A stretch of 64,000 bases of DNA from Eubacteriales bacterium (GCA_045541535.1 JAZQJG010000011.1:11713-75712); one strand, 5' to 3'; counted from the first letter of the stretch, positions 35,720-45,506 are shown. Notes: generated from the letters alone by a model not told the origin. Numbers and translations: made by a program.

Positions 35720-36395
35720 ACTTGTTGTTATAAGAATGATACCGATGCTTGGATTCGGCGGCTCCGTTGTAAATAAAACCCAGAATTTTGGCGTCGATCA
35801 GCTCCAATTGTTTGATGGCGGCATCTAACTCGGTATAGGTGGAAATCTTTTCTCTGACCACGATTACTACGCCGTCGCACAATTTGATGATGGGTAGAGC
35901 GTCGGCAACCACGTTCAACGGGGTGGAGTCAATGATGATATAATCGTATTGCTTTTCCATTTCCTGCAACAGCTCTTTAAAAGGCTCACTGCTGAGCATC
36001 TCAGAGGGGTTGGGAACCAGAGAACCAGCGGTGATTACTTGCAGATTTGGATATTGGGTTTGACGAATGACTTCTTTGAGGCTGTTCATTTCGCTGAGGT
36101 AATTGGTAACGCCGGGGGAATTGTTCAGCGCCAGAAAACGGTGTACTTTGGGGCGGCGCAGATCAGCATCAATCAGCAGTACCTTGGCCTCGGTCTGGGC
36201 GATGGAAACGGCGATATTGACAGACATGGTGGATTTACCCTCGGAGGGACAGGAGGAAGAAACGATGATCTTGCGGCAACCTTTTTTGATCAAAGAAAAG
36301 GCAAGGTTGGTACGGATGGTTTTGTATGCTTCGGTAATCTTAAACTTCAGTGTGGAATCCATTACGTAAGGATTGCTCTTATTTTTTCTCATCAA
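35703..36395 (-). CDS. CpsD/CapB-family bacterial tyrosine kinase (BY-kinase catalytic subunit)
   Basis: Walker A SSCPSEGKST, Walker A' LLIDADLRRP, Walker B IIIDSTP, C-terminal Tyr-rich tail (RYHSYNNKYASY). Confidence 0.9.
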   Translation of the reverse strand: MMRKNKSNPYVMDSTLKFKITEAYKTIRTNLAFSLIKKGCRKIIVSSSCPSEGKSTMSVNIAVSIAQTEAKVLLIDADLRRPKVHRFLALNNSPGVTNYLSEMNSLKEVIRQTQYPNLQVITAGSLVPNPSEMLSSEPFKELLQEMEKQYDYIIIDSTPLNVVADALPIIKLCDGVVIVVREKISTYTELDAAIKQLELIDAKILGFIYNGAAESKHRYHSYNNKYASYN

Positions 36396-37119
36396 AGGTC
36401 ACCTCCTGCTCTGCGATAGTATCTTCTCTGTGACTGTGATTTTCTTTGCCGCCTTTGGCTTTTCGCTTCTTTAAATCAAAGGTGGGCACGGCGCCGAGTA
36501 CGGGAATGTTATATTTGGCGCTGAGGTCCTCAACTGATTTGATGCGAACGTCAAATTCGCTCCAGATGATAATGATCACGGCAGAAAGCACAACGCCGAG
36601 GATCAAGGCGAGCATGGTGATGCGGGTGGTTTGGGAGCTTTCGGCAGGGATGCTGGGGGATTCTACCGAGGTGATCGTCAGACGGGCATATTTCTCGCTG
36701 ACGTATTTTTGCACTTGCTCATCCAGACATTGAATGATGGTGTAACACTCGTCATAGTCGGCGGCAACTACGGTGGCTGTGAATGCTTCGCTGTCTTCCT
36801 TGACGGTATAGGTGATCATACTTTTGAGCTGTGCGGGATCATAGTCAAGTTTACAGGCATCCTTGATCACTTTGTAGAAATCACGACTGTCCAGCATTTC
36901 AACGTAGGTGTTTACCATACGACGCATGGTGGTGATTTCGCTGGAATTGTTCATTGTATCCTCAGAGGTGACCATCAGTTTCATAGAAGAGGTATAGGTG
37001 GGCGGGATACGATAGTGAGCAAAGGTAAAGCCAACAGCACCCAACAAAATGCCGGATAAAATAATAATCCAGATGTGCGTGATCATCGCACTTAAAATTT
37101 TCTTGACGGAAAGTTCCAT
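36379..37119 (-). CDS. Wzz/CpsC-like chain-length determinant (BY-kinase transmembrane activator)
   Basis: Two TM helices flank an extracellular domain; 17-nt overlap with the kinase gene; ATG at 37119. Confidence 0.8.
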   Translation of the reverse strand: MELSVKKILSAMITHIWIIILSGILLGAVGFTFAHYRIPPTYTSSMKLMVTSEDTMNNSSEITTMRRMVNTYVEMLDSRDFYKVIKDACKLDYDPAQLKSMITYTVKEDSEAFTATVVAADYDECYTIIQCLDEQVQKYVSEKYARLTITSVESPSIPAESSQTTRITMLALILGVVLSAVIIIIWSEFDVRIKSVEDLSAKYNIPVLGAVPTFDLKKRKAKGGKENHSHREDTIAEQEVTFDEKK

Positions 37120-37153
37120 TTCATAACAACCTTTCGATAAAATATCATTATAG

Positions 37154-37182
37154 ATTATATAATATAACGATGTTTTTTGCAA
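37154..37182 (-). promoter_or_regulatory. sigma-A promoter of the wzz / kinase / phosphatase operon
   Basis: Minus strand: TTGCAA (37182-37177), 17 nt, TATAAT (37159-37154). Confidence 0.55.
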
Positions 37183-37223
37183 CCACTTTTCCTATATATT
37201 TTAAAAATCAAATTCAAATAGAA

Positions 37224-37249
37224 GTAAGTCGGCATTTCAGCCGACTTAC
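37224..37249 (-). terminator. intrinsic terminator after ruvX
   Basis: 10-bp perfect stem GTAAGTCGGC/GCCGACTTAC, followed on the minus strand by a T-rich tract. Confidence 0.7.
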
Positions 37250-37253
37250 ATAT

Positions 37254-37667
37254 TTATTTTCTGCGGTCCAGATAATCTTGCAGGATAATTTGCGCCGCCA
37301 TGGTGTCTACCGTTCCTTTTCGCTTTTTGCCCCGGGTGTTGGTGGCGTTGAGATAATACTCGGCGGCTTTGGTAGTCAGTCGCTCGTCAAGAAAATCCAT
37401 TGGCATCTCCGGGAACAACTCCTGCAGAGCGGCGGCAAACTTTCTGGTTTTCTCAGCCCGAAAGCCTTCACTGCCGTCCATATTTTTCGGCAGCCCCAGC
37501 ACCACGGCTTCGGCTTCGTTTTCCCGTATTTTTTCTGCTACCAATGCGGCGGCAGTTTCAATGTTTTTTGCAACGACGGCACCGATGGAGAAGGCGAGAC
37601 GCTCTTCTTTGTCGGAAATGGCCAGTCCCGTGCGGGTATCGCCGTAATCAATTCCCATAATTTTCAT
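37254..37667 (-). CDS. ruvX: Holliday junction resolvase-like / pre-16S rRNA nuclease RuvX (YqgF)
   Basis: MKIMGIDYGDTRTGLAISD and the YqgF fold pattern; 137 aa. Confidence 0.92.
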   Translation of the reverse strand: MKIMGIDYGDTRTGLAISDKEERLAFSIGAVVAKNIETAAALVAEKIRENEAEAVVLGLPKNMDGSEGFRAEKTRKFAAALQELFPEMPMDFLDERLTTKAAEYYLNATNTRGKKRKGTVDTMAAQIILQDYLDRRK

Positions 37668-37670
37668 CTT

Positions 37671-39875
37671 TTATTCTCCCAACAGTTCACCGGCAATCTC
37701 GCTGTTGCGACGGGCAGAGGCATACATTTGTTCTGCAATCGGCCCGAAAGCGCCGGCAATTTCTTCGGCGTGTGTCATCAGATCGTTCAGCACCTGTTCA
37801 ATTTGCTTGGAGGATAAATCGGTGAGAGGCAGGGCGTATTGTTTCATTCCAAAGCGTTCTGCTGTGGCCGAAACCTTGGGATCGTATACCAGACAAGCAG
37901 TGGGCTTTTGCATTCTGGCGGCAAAGACCATAGGATGCAGCCGTTCGGTGAGCAGATAATCGCAATGCTGCAGACAACCAATGATTTCCGTTTCGTTTAA
38001 CCGCTGATCAAACAGATGATGCTCCACCTTCAATTGTTTGCTGAGCTTTTCAAGCAGGGGATAATCCTGATCAAACTGCACGGGCAATAAAACGGGGTAC
38101 AACCCATGTTTCTTACATATATTATTCAATGCAGTGGCCATAGGTTGCGCTACGTCGGTGGGATAACGGTGGCAGGGGCGAAGATTGATCAACAGGATTT
38201 TTTCGCCCGTGATGGGATATGCGGCGGGACGAGTGGTATTTTTTTTATAATCATAGCAGTATGCTTCGTCTGCCGTCAGCAAAATTTCCTGTTCAGTGAA
38301 GCCTTGCTCTAACAAATATTGGTGGGACAATGTATCGCGTATGGTGATCCGATCTGTGTTGTGTAATACCTTGTTGACCTGGCGCTGATGAACGGGCAAT
38401 AGGATGGGACCGATGCCGTTGGCGTAGATCATGGTTTTGCAACCGTACTTTTTGGCGTGACGCAACATAAATAAATAAAAGAACAAACTGCGGCTGGAGG
38501 TTACGTCCTGCAACAGCGAGCCGCCGCCCAGCATAAATAACTTCGTCTTTTTCATCAGAGGCAGAATCTTAAAGAGGTTAAAGCGGTGAATGGCTTGTAC
38601 TCTGGGATCTGCCGGCAAATCCTTGGGATTGTGATTGAGAATGGTAATGGTCTTTAAGGGGTATTGCTTGGAAATGTTTTCAATAATGGCCTTAAGCGTA
38701 ATGTCGTCGCCGAAGTTATGGGTTCCGTAATATCCGCTGATCATCAGGTCGTTGGGGCGCAGATCGTTTTGTGCTTCTTCATAAGAGGCCAGAGCATCCT
38801 CGGCCATAGCTACTACGGAATAACGTTGCTCAATCAGCTTGTGGGCGGCTTCAATATTCGCTTCATACTCTTCCGGACGGGTGAGCATACCGATCATAAT
38901 TTCCGCCACTTCATGAGCGGAAACGTAAGGATACCCGCGGCAGGTGAAATTGGTATCAATGCAGGCGGGAAGGATCTCCTCGGAATATACGCCCAAATAC
39001 CCTTGGTTACCTATTATAATAGTAGGCAAACGGCAGGCCATAGCTTCCAGTGCAGAACGGGAAACGCCGGCGAAGGCATCTGCCATGTGTAAATAATCGG
39101 AAATGTTGGTGCGGGCACCGGCCAGTTGTACGTAATTGTCCTCGGTCTTGGAATTGATATCTGCGGCAATCTGCTGTAACTCTTCAAATCGGTTGCCATT
39201 GCCGACGATCACGATTCGTGCCTGAGGCACTGCGTCGTAAATTTCCTTGGCAGATTCCAAAAAGCGGAATACGTTTTCGCAGGCGTTGGTGTCAATGCGG
39301 GAGACACACAGGATCACCTTGTGCTGTTCGTTCAGCCCGTATTCGGCACGGAGCTTTGGATTGCTTTGCTTTGAAAAGGTATTTAAATTGATGCCGTTTA
39401 CGGTGATGCGTACCTTTTGGGGATCAATGCCGTAGCCGTCTGCAACGTATTGGCGCAAATCCTCACTGACCGAAAGGGAACGGTTGCCCCATTTGGAAAA
39501 GATTCTGGTCAGCAGATTCAATTTAAAATTAAAATGTACGGTGGTAACCATGGGGATGTGCAGTTTTTTACAAACAAGATTGGCGATGAAGTTGGTGATA
39601 CGGGTGTGGGAATGAATCACACTTACGTTTTCCTTGCGGCAGAAATTCAGCAACAGGCGATAGGAGCGCATCAGGCTGGACAACCGCTTGTTGTTCATCG
39701 GGGCACAGATGTGCTGTACGTCCATTTGCTCCAATTGTTCGGTAAAGGCACCACCGTTGGAAAAGATGGTTACCTTATGTCCTTTACGCCGCAGGGCACC
39801 GGCCAGTTCCACAATATGGGTTTCCGCTCCGCCGATATCCAGTCCCATTGTCAGGATCACAATGTTTTTTGCCAT
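37671..39875 (-). CDS. fusion protein: GT4 glycosyltransferase (N-terminal) + polysaccharide pyruvyl transferase CsaB-like (C-terminal)
   Basis: The N-terminal half has GLDIGGAETHIVELA and the E-x7-E region of the GT4 family. The C-terminal half has ISGYYGTHNFGDD...GGGSLLQD, typical of CsaB-type pyruvyl transferases. ATG at 39875 after TAAGGAGAG. Confidence 0.75.
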   Translation of the reverse strand: MAKNIVILTMGLDIGGAETHIVELAGALRRKGHKVTIFSNGGAFTEQLEQMDVQHICAPMNNKRLSSLMRSYRLLLNFCRKENVSVIHSHTRITNFIANLVCKKLHIPMVTTVHFNFKLNLLTRIFSKWGNRSLSVSEDLRQYVADGYGIDPQKVRITVNGINLNTFSKQSNPKLRAEYGLNEQHKVILCVSRIDTNACENVFRFLESAKEIYDAVPQARIVIVGNGNRFEELQQIAADINSKTEDNYVQLAGARTNISDYLHMADAFAGVSRSALEAMACRLPTIIIGNQGYLGVYSEEILPACIDTNFTCRGYPYVSAHEVAEIMIGMLTRPEEYEANIEAAHKLIEQRYSVVAMAEDALASYEEAQNDLRPNDLMISGYYGTHNFGDDITLKAIIENISKQYPLKTITILNHNPKDLPADPRVQAIHRFNLFKILPLMKKTKLFMLGGGSLLQDVTSSRSLFFYLFMLRHAKKYGCKTMIYANGIGPILLPVHQRQVNKVLHNTDRITIRDTLSHQYLLEQGFTEQEILLTADEAYCYDYKKNTTRPAAYPITGEKILLINLRPCHRYPTDVAQPMATALNNICKKHGLYPVLLPVQFDQDYPLLEKLSKQLKVEHHLFDQRLNETEIIGCLQHCDYLLTERLHPMVFAARMQKPTACLVYDPKVSATAERFGMKQYALPLTDLSSKQIEQVLNDLMTHAEEIAGAFGPIAEQMYASARRNSEIAGELLGE

Positions 39876-39980
39876 AAAAACTCTCCTTATTAAGAAAGAC
39901 TTGATTATTTTAGAAATTAATAGTATTATAATATAGAAAGTTTGCGCGGTCAAGAAATTTGAAAAAATATCAAAAAATCA

Positions 39981-40009
39981 TTGACCTTTTGAAAAATATG
40001 TGATATAAT
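39981..40009 (+). promoter_or_regulatory. sigma-A promoter of the rpmG-secE-nusG cluster
   Basis: TTGACC, 17 nt, TGtGATATAAT (TATAAT at 40004-40009). Confidence 0.6.
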
Positions 40010-40102
40010 TTGCCGTACCTGTCATGGGGCTGATTTTCGTGTGTTCAAAAATAAGGCCCTAAATTTATCAGGGAGGCAATTAAATTACAGGAGGTGCCGA
40101 TA

Positions 40103-40252
40103 ATGCGCGTGAAGATTACGCTTGCTTGCACAGAGTGCAAACAGAGAAACTATGACACGATGAAGAACAAGAAGAACGATCCGGACAGACTGGAAATGAA
40201 CAAGTATTGCAGATTCTGCAAAAAGCATACCCTGCATAAAGAAACCAAGTAA
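40103..40252 (+). CDS. rpmG: 50S ribosomal protein L33 (49 aa, below the ORF-track cutoff)
   Basis: My own translation: [49 protein letters not shown]; AGGAGGTG SD 6 nt upstream. Confidence 0.9.
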   Translation: MRVKITLACTECKQRNYDTMKNKKNDPDRLEMNKYCRFCKKHTLHKETK

Positions 40253-40279
40253 TTGTTTTAAAAAGGAGGGCATGTGAGA

Positions 40280-40504
40280 ATGGCTGAGCAAAAGAAGAAA
40301 AAATCTATTTTTTCCAGAATCGGTAATTTCTTTAAAGAAGTCCGTATTGAGGCTTTTAAAAGAATCATTTGGCCGACTCCGAGTCAGACCCTGAACAAAA
40401 CGATTGTAGTTATTGCGATGGTTGTTCTGGTCGGTGCCGTTGTCTGCTTGCTTGATCTGCTGTTTAACTTCGGACTGGATCAGGTATTCAGTTTAGTAGG
40501 CTAA
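40280..40504 (+). CDS. secE: preprotein translocase subunit SecE
   Basis: FFKEVRIEAFKRIIWPT plus a single C-terminal TM helix. Start is ATG 40280, or possibly GTG 40274. Confidence 0.85.
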   Translation: MAEQKKKKSIFSRIGNFFKEVRIEAFKRIIWPTPSQTLNKTIVVIAMVVLVGAVVCLLDLLFNFGLDQVFSLVG

Positions 40505-40541
40505 GTTAGGAGGCACTCGGAAACATTCCGGGAAAGAAGAT

Positions 40542-41063
40542 ATGGCACAAAAAGCTCAATGGTACGTGATCCATACTTATTCCGGTTACGAGAATAAGGT
40601 GGCCACCAATCTCGAGAAGATCATCGAGAACAGAAAATTGGAAGAAGTCATTTGTGACGTCAGAATTCCCACCGAGACCGTAGTGGACATTACGGAAAAG
40701 GGAAGAAAAGAACGGGAGCGCAAGCTGTTCCCGGGCTACGTTCTGGTCAAAATGGTGTTGACAGATGAAACCTGGTATATCGTTCGGAACACACGCGGCG
40801 TAACCGGATTCGTCGGCGCAACCACCAAACCGATACCCCTGACACCGGAAGAAGTAGAGAAGCTGGGCGTTGAAACCAAGACCGTACAATGTGATTACGA
40901 GAAGGGTATGAGCGTCAAGATCATCGACGGCGCTATGAGCGGCTTTACCGGTGAAATCACTGACGTTACCGCGGATAAACAGCGTCTTAAGCTGGTTGTA
41001 TCCATGTTTGGACGGGAGACCTCTGTCGAACTCAACGTAGGACAGGTCAGCCCGTTGGAGTAG
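40542..41063 (+). CDS. nusG: transcription termination/antitermination factor NusG
   Basis: WYVIHTYSGYENKV, NGN and KOW domains. Confidence 0.95.
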   Translation: MAQKAQWYVIHTYSGYENKVATNLEKIIENRKLEEVICDVRIPTETVVDITEKGRKERERKLFPGYVLVKMVLTDETWYIVRNTRGVTGFVGATTKPIPLTPEEVEKLGVETKTVQCDYEKGMSVKIIDGAMSGFTGEITDVTADKQRLKLVVSMFGRETSVELNVGQVSPLE

Positions 41064-41156
41064 GATAAACTGTATCGCAAGATACGTTTATTAGAGTGGG
41101 AGGAAAGTATCTTTCCGCCATATTACCACATTTAACCTTAAAGGGAGGTGTTTCAG

Positions 41157-41582
41157 TTGGCACAAAAAGTAGTAGGTTATATCAAATTGCAGATTCCTGC
41201 CGGCAAAGCCACACCTGCACCGCCTGTTGGTCCCGCTCTGGGTCAGCACGGTGTAAACATTATGCAGTTTGCCAAGGAATTCAACGAAAGAACCAAAAAT
41301 GATATCGGATACATCATTCCGGTTGTCATCACGGTGTATGCGGATCGCTCTTTCTCGTTTATTACGAAGACTCCGCCTGCGGCTGTTTTGATCAAAAAGG
41401 CAGTCGGCATCGAAAGCGGCTCCGGTGTTCCGAACAAGACCAAGGTTGCAAAGATCACCAAAGAGCAGCTCAAAGCAATTGCTGAGACCAAGAAGACAGA
41501 TCTGAATGCTGCATCTGTTGAGGCTGCAATGAGCATGATCGCCGGTACTTGCAGAAGTATGGGCGTCACAGTTGAGGACTAA
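41157..41582 (+). CDS. rplK: 50S ribosomal protein L11
   Basis: [34 protein letters not shown]; TTG start 6 nt after GGGAGGTG. Confidence 0.95.
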   Translation: MAQKVVGYIKLQIPAGKATPAPPVGPALGQHGVNIMQFAKEFNERTKNDIGYIIPVVITVYADRSFSFITKTPPAAVLIKKAVGIESGSGVPNKTKVAKITKEQLKAIAETKKTDLNAASVEAAMSMIAGTCRSMGVTVED

Positions 41583-41659
41583 TCAACTGTCTTTCAGTAC
41601 ACCCCGTCGGGTGTATGTGGGAGGATTTATCCGTAGAACCACATAAGGAGGAATTAGTA

Positions 41660-42352
41660 ATGAAAAGAGGAAAATCCTACGTCGAGAGCGCAAAGCTCGT
41701 CGATCGTCAGAAATTGTATGACGTTTCTGAGGCTATGGATCTGGTAACCAAGACCGCCAGAGCCAAGTTTGACGAAACTGTTGAAGTACACGTTAAGCTC
41801 GGTGTTGACTCCCGTCACGCCGATCAGCAGGTTCGTGGCGCAGTTGTACTGCCTCACGGTACCGGTAAAACCGTTCGTGTTCTGGTTTTTGCTAAGGATG
41901 CTAAGGCTGAGGAAGCAAAGGCTGCCGGTGCTGATTTTGTCGGCGCTGAGGACATGGTAGAAAAGATCCAGAAGGAAAACTGGTTTGACTTTGACGTAAT
42001 CGTTGCCACTCCCAATATGATGGGTCTGGTTGGTCGTCTTGGTAAAGTGCTGGGCCCCAAGGGCTTGATGCCCAACCCCAAGGCCGGCACCGTTACCATG
42101 GACGTTGCCAAGGCAATTGATGAGATCAAAGCCGGTAAGATTGAGTACAGACTGGATAAGACCAATATTATCCACTGCCCCATCGGTAAGGCTTCCTTCG
42201 GTGAGGAAAAGCTGACTGAGAACTTTAACACCCTGCTGGGCGCTGTTATTAAGGCCAAGCCTTCTGCCGCCAAGGGTCAGTATATCAGAAGCTGTACCGT
42301 TGCCTCCACCATGGGCCCCGGTATCAAGATCAACTCTGCAAAACTCGTTTAA
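41660..42352 (+). CDS. rplA: 50S ribosomal protein L1
   Basis: [12 protein letters not shown]...[13 protein letters not shown]; ATG at 41660 after AAGGAGG. Confidence 0.95.
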   Translation: MKRGKSYVESAKLVDRQKLYDVSEAMDLVTKTARAKFDETVEVHVKLGVDSRHADQQVRGAVVLPHGTGKTVRVLVFAKDAKAEEAKAAGADFVGAEDMVEKIQKENWFDFDVIVATPNMMGLVGRLGKVLGPKGLMPNPKAGTVTMDVAKAIDEIKAGKIEYRLDKTNIIHCPIGKASFGEEKLTENFNTLLGAVIKAKPSAAKGQYIRSCTVASTMGPGIKINSAKLV

Positions 42353-42365
42353 TTTACGTTTTTGC

Positions 42366-42516
42366 TTGACAAATCCACTTTTAAGTGGTAAACTTAACAC
42401 ATTCTTGCTTCGCAGACAGCCGGTGCACGCGCTTAAAGGGGAGACCCGCCAGCCGAGGAGGAGAAACTTTAGTTCTATAAGTTTGCTCCCAAACTGCGCT
42501 GTTTGGGAGCATTTTT
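42366..42516 (+). promoter_or_regulatory. promoter plus L10-type ribosomal leader with attenuator
   Basis: TTGACA (42366-42371), 17 nt, TGgTAAACT. The structured about 120-nt leader ends in TGCTCCCAAAC/GTTTGGGAGCA plus TTTTT (42484-42516) just upstream of rplJ. Confidence 0.65.
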
Positions 42517-42537
42517 ATTGCAAGTGAGGTGAAAACA

Positions 42538-43047
42538 ATGCCCAGTCAAAAAGTATTGGAACAAAAGAAAGCTATCGTCAGCGAATTGGCCGGTCAGATC
42601 AAGGGCGCCATCAGCGGTGTTCTGGTTGATTACAGCGGTATCAACGTTGCTGATGACACCAAACTTCGTGCTCAGCTCAGAGAAGCCGGTGTTCACTACG
42701 CCGTAGTTAAGAACACCCTGACCAAGCTGGCTTTGAAGGAAGCCGAATTGGAAGGTCTGGATGACGTGCTCAACGGTACCACCGCTATCGCTATGTCCGA
42801 GACTGATCTGATCGCTCCCGCAAAGATTCTGCACGAGTTCTCCAAGGACCATGAAAACTTCACCCTGAAGGGTGGTTTTATGGAAGGTAAGGTTCTGAGC
42901 CTTGATGAAGTCAACAAGATCGCTCAGCTGCCCTCTAAGGAGACCCTGCTCACCATGCTGTGTATTGCTCTTAACGGCAATATCTCCGGCCTGGCCAGAG
43001 CCCTTAATGCTGTTGTTGAACAGAAAAACGAAGCTACCCCTGCATAA
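42538..43047 (+). CDS. rplJ: 50S ribosomal protein L10
   Basis: L10 pattern (KKAIVSEL...YSGINVADDTKLRAQLREAGV); ATG at 42538 after GAGGTG. Confidence 0.95.
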   Translation: MPSQKVLEQKKAIVSELAGQIKGAISGVLVDYSGINVADDTKLRAQLREAGVHYAVVKNTLTKLALKEAELEGLDDVLNGTTAIAMSETDLIAPAKILHEFSKDHENFTLKGGFMEGKVLSLDEVNKIAQLPSKETLLTMLCIALNGNISGLARALNAVVEQKNEATPA

Positions 43048-43086
43048 TTAAATTTTATTAAAAAACAATTTTAGGAGGATACTAAA

Positions 43087-43452
43087 ATGGCTATTGAAAA
43101 CATCATTGAAGAGATCAAAGCTCTGAACGTTATGGAGCTGGCTGATCTGGTTAAAGCAATCGAAGAAGAGTTTGGCGTTAGCGCTGCTGCCCCTGTTGCT
43201 GTTGCTGCAGGTCCTGCTGCCGGTGCTGCTGTTGAAGAGAAGACCGAGTTCGACGTAATCTTGACCTCCGCCGGCGCAAGCAAGATCGGCGTTATCAAGG
43301 TTGTTCGCGAGCTGACCGGTCTGGGTCTGAAGGAAGCCAAAGAGCTGGTTGAGTCTGCTCCCAAGGCCATCAAGGAAGGCGCTTCCAAGGAAGATGCCGA
43401 TGCCATCAAGGAGAAGCTGGAAGCTGCCGGCGCTCAGGTTGAAGTTAAGTAA
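43087..43452 (+). CDS. rplL: 50S ribosomal protein L7/L12
   Basis: Ala-rich hinge and the C-terminal domain [24 protein letters not shown]. Confidence 0.97.
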   Translation: MAIENIIEEIKALNVMELADLVKAIEEEFGVSAAAPVAVAAGPAAGAAVEEKTEFDVILTSAGASKIGVIKVVRELTGLGLKEAKELVESAPKAIKEGASKEDADAIKEKLEAAGAQVEVK

Positions 43453-43472
43453 TTTTAACCAAAATTCTTCAA

Positions 43473-43505
43473 AGAGAAGTACGGAAACGTGCTTCTCTTT
43501 TTTCT
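43473..43505 (+). terminator. intrinsic terminator after rplL
   Basis: 11-bp stem with a GAAA loop, followed by T6. Confidence 0.8.
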
Positions 43506-43612
43506 TGCAAAAAAATTTGGGTCTTGCAAAGCGTGCAGTGTTATGGTATGATAAACAAGATTTGTGTGCAAAAAATTCCTACATTATATAGACAGTCGGA
43601 CGGAGGCCTGTT

Positions 43613-44389
43613 ATGGAGCGTATTACCAGTCTGCAAAACCCTCTGGTCAAAAGCCTTAAAAAACTGCATACTCCTGCCGCCAGACGGGAAGCCGGATTGT
43701 TTCTTGTGGAAGGCATCAAGCTTTGCGAAGAAGCGCTGGAGAATGGTGTTCGTATCCGCTACTGTTTGGTAGGGGAGGATGATCGGGCGCGGTCTTTGGC
43801 CGCCCGCTGTACCGATGCTGATTGCTATTCGGTCAGTGACGCTGTTATTGAAAAGTTATCCACGGCCAAGACACCGCAAAAGATCGTTATGGTCGGTGAG
43901 ATTCCCACCAACGCCGCATCTCAAATCGGAGGTCGGATGGTATTGGCCCTGGACGGCATTTCCGATCCCGCAAATCTCGGCTCTATGCTCCGTACTGCCG
44001 AAGCGTTCGGTGTAACGGATATTCTTTGCTCCGATCAAACGGTGGATTTGTATTCTACCAAGGTGTTACGGGGCGCTATGGGCTCTTCTTTCCGTGTTCG
44101 TGTTCATCGGGGCGATTTGCAGGAGCGTTTGATTGATTTGCGTCAAGAGGGCTATGCCATCTATGCCACAGCACTTTCCGATAACAACGTTTTACTGCAA
44201 AATTTGGATTTTTCCAAAAAATGTGTAATCGTCATCGGTAATGAAGGAAACGGCGTTTCTTCCGAAATTTTGAGCCTTGCAGACAAAACCGTTTTGATCC
44301 CTATGGTTGGGCAAAACGAATCCCTCAATGCCGCCGCCGCAACAGCCGTTGTGCTGTGGCAGGGATATAAAGGACAGAACCATGAATAG
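43613..44389 (+). CDS. TrmH/SpoU family RNA 2'-O-methyltransferase (RlmB-like)
   Basis: SpoU motifs (DGISDPANLGSMLRTAEAFG, IGNEGNGVS, ESLNAAAA). Confidence 0.85.
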   Translation: MERITSLQNPLVKSLKKLHTPAARREAGLFLVEGIKLCEEALENGVRIRYCLVGEDDRARSLAARCTDADCYSVSDAVIEKLSTAKTPQKIVMVGEIPTNAASQIGGRMVLALDGISDPANLGSMLRTAEAFGVTDILCSDQTVDLYSTKVLRGAMGSSFRVRVHRGDLQERLIDLRQEGYAIYATALSDNNVLLQNLDFSKKCVIVIGNEGNGVSSEILSLADKTVLIPMVGQNESLNAAAATAVVLWQGYKGQNHE

Positions 44390-45506
44390 ATATATTTATT
44401 GGATCTGGTTGCGGCTCGCTTTACAGGGCAACGTGAAGATGATGTATGCGCTGTGGACGATTACCGAAAACGTTGAAGAGATCTATTGTGCTGATGGTAA
44501 GACGCTGGAGGAATGGGGTGTAGACTCCCGACTTTCCAAGCGTTTGCTGGATAAGAAACTGAATGAAGCACATAATATTTTCGGCCTGTGCGAGCAATTC
44601 GGATTTTCCTTGCTCTGTATTGAGGATGATGACTATCCTGAGCAACTGCGTCGCATTGCTTTGCCACCCTGCCTGCTGATTTATCAGGGGAATTTAATGG
44701 ATTGTATGTCCGGTCCCACTCTCACGGTGATCGGTACCCGCTATGCTACCGCCTCCGGTGAGGCGTTGGCCGCAGAATTTTCTCATCATCTGGCATTGGC
44801 GGGCTTTTCGCTCTTTTGCGGCGTTGCCGAAGGAATTGAAACGGCAGTGCATCACGCCACCATTGGCGCTGACGGGCGTTGTGTATTGCTGTTGCCCTGC
44901 GGTTTACTTACGGTAAGTAAACGGGTAAGCGCTCTGATTCGTGACGTTTTGCCCCGTGGTGCAGTAGTCAGCGAATGGTTGCCCGGGGAACGGGGCGGAT
45001 TTGATTGTTATCAGGTTCGCAATCGTCTGCTCAGTGGTATGAGTGCCGGCACCTTGATTTTGCAGGCTCCGCACAAAAGCGGTGCAATGATGACCGCCGG
45101 CTATGCGTTGGAACAGGGAAAAGACGTTTTCGTCCTGCCCGGCGGTCTGCGGGATCCTTCCTTTGCCGGCAATAACGAATTGTTGCGGGACGGCGCCACA
45201 CCGGTGATTGAGCCCGGCGATATCGTTCGTTTTTACCTACCCCGTTGGAAGGACGCGCTGCAGGAGGTCGTCATAGAGGACGACGGTTTTGAGGCTGTGG
45301 TGCAATCGGTCTCTGAAGGAAACGAGTTTGAAAGCGAAGAAGAACAGTTGATATTTTCATTGATTTCCCAAGAGGGGATTACCGCCGATGAAATGGCAGA
45401 ACGGACCGGAATTCCGGTACATCGGGTGCTCAGTTGTATTACCGTGATGGAACTTAAGGGCTGGGTTACACCGATCCCCGGCGGAAAATATAAAACAATT
45501 ATTTGA
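44382..45506 (+). CDS. dprA: DNA-processing protein DprA
   Basis: Rossmann-like DprA core (VIGTRYATASGE..., GVAEGIETAVH) and a C-terminal winged-helix domain. ATG at 44382 overlaps the methyltransferase gene by 8 nt. Confidence 0.85.
   Translation: MNRYIYWIWLRLALQGNVKMMYALWTITENVEEIYCADGKTLEEWGVDSRLSKRLLDKKLNEAHNIFGLCEQFGFSLLCIEDDDYPEQLRRIALPPCLLIYQGNLMDCMSGPTLTVIGTRYATASGEALAAEFSHHLALAGFSLFCGVAEGIETAVHHATIGADGRCVLLLPCGLLTVSKRVSALIRDVLPRGAVVSEWLPGERGGFDCYQVRNRLLSGMSAGTLILQAPHKSGAMMTAGYALEQGKDVFVLPGGLRDPSFAGNNELLRDGATPVIEPGDIVRFYLPRWKDALQEVVIEDDGFEAVVQSVSEGNEFESEEEQLIFSLISQEGITADEMAERTGIPVHRVLSCITVMELKGWVTPIPGGKYKTII

Noticed and set aside
40040-40102. 9-codon upstream ORF (MGLIFVCSKI) and a second SD-like GGGAGG in the rpmG 5' UTR.
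   Set aside because: It is too short and lacks its own SD spacing. It is more likely incidental sequence in a structured ribosomal-protein leader, and I recognise no leader-peptide logic.
41583-41659. Hairpins between rplK and rplA (ACACCC-CGTC-GGGTGT; ATGTGG...CCACAT) as a possible L1 autoregulatory site.
   Set aside because: This is plausible by analogy with L1-binding mRNA mimics. However, I cannot verify the 23S-like GGGAG/asymmetric-loop geometry by eye, and no T-tract follows. I left it uncalled.
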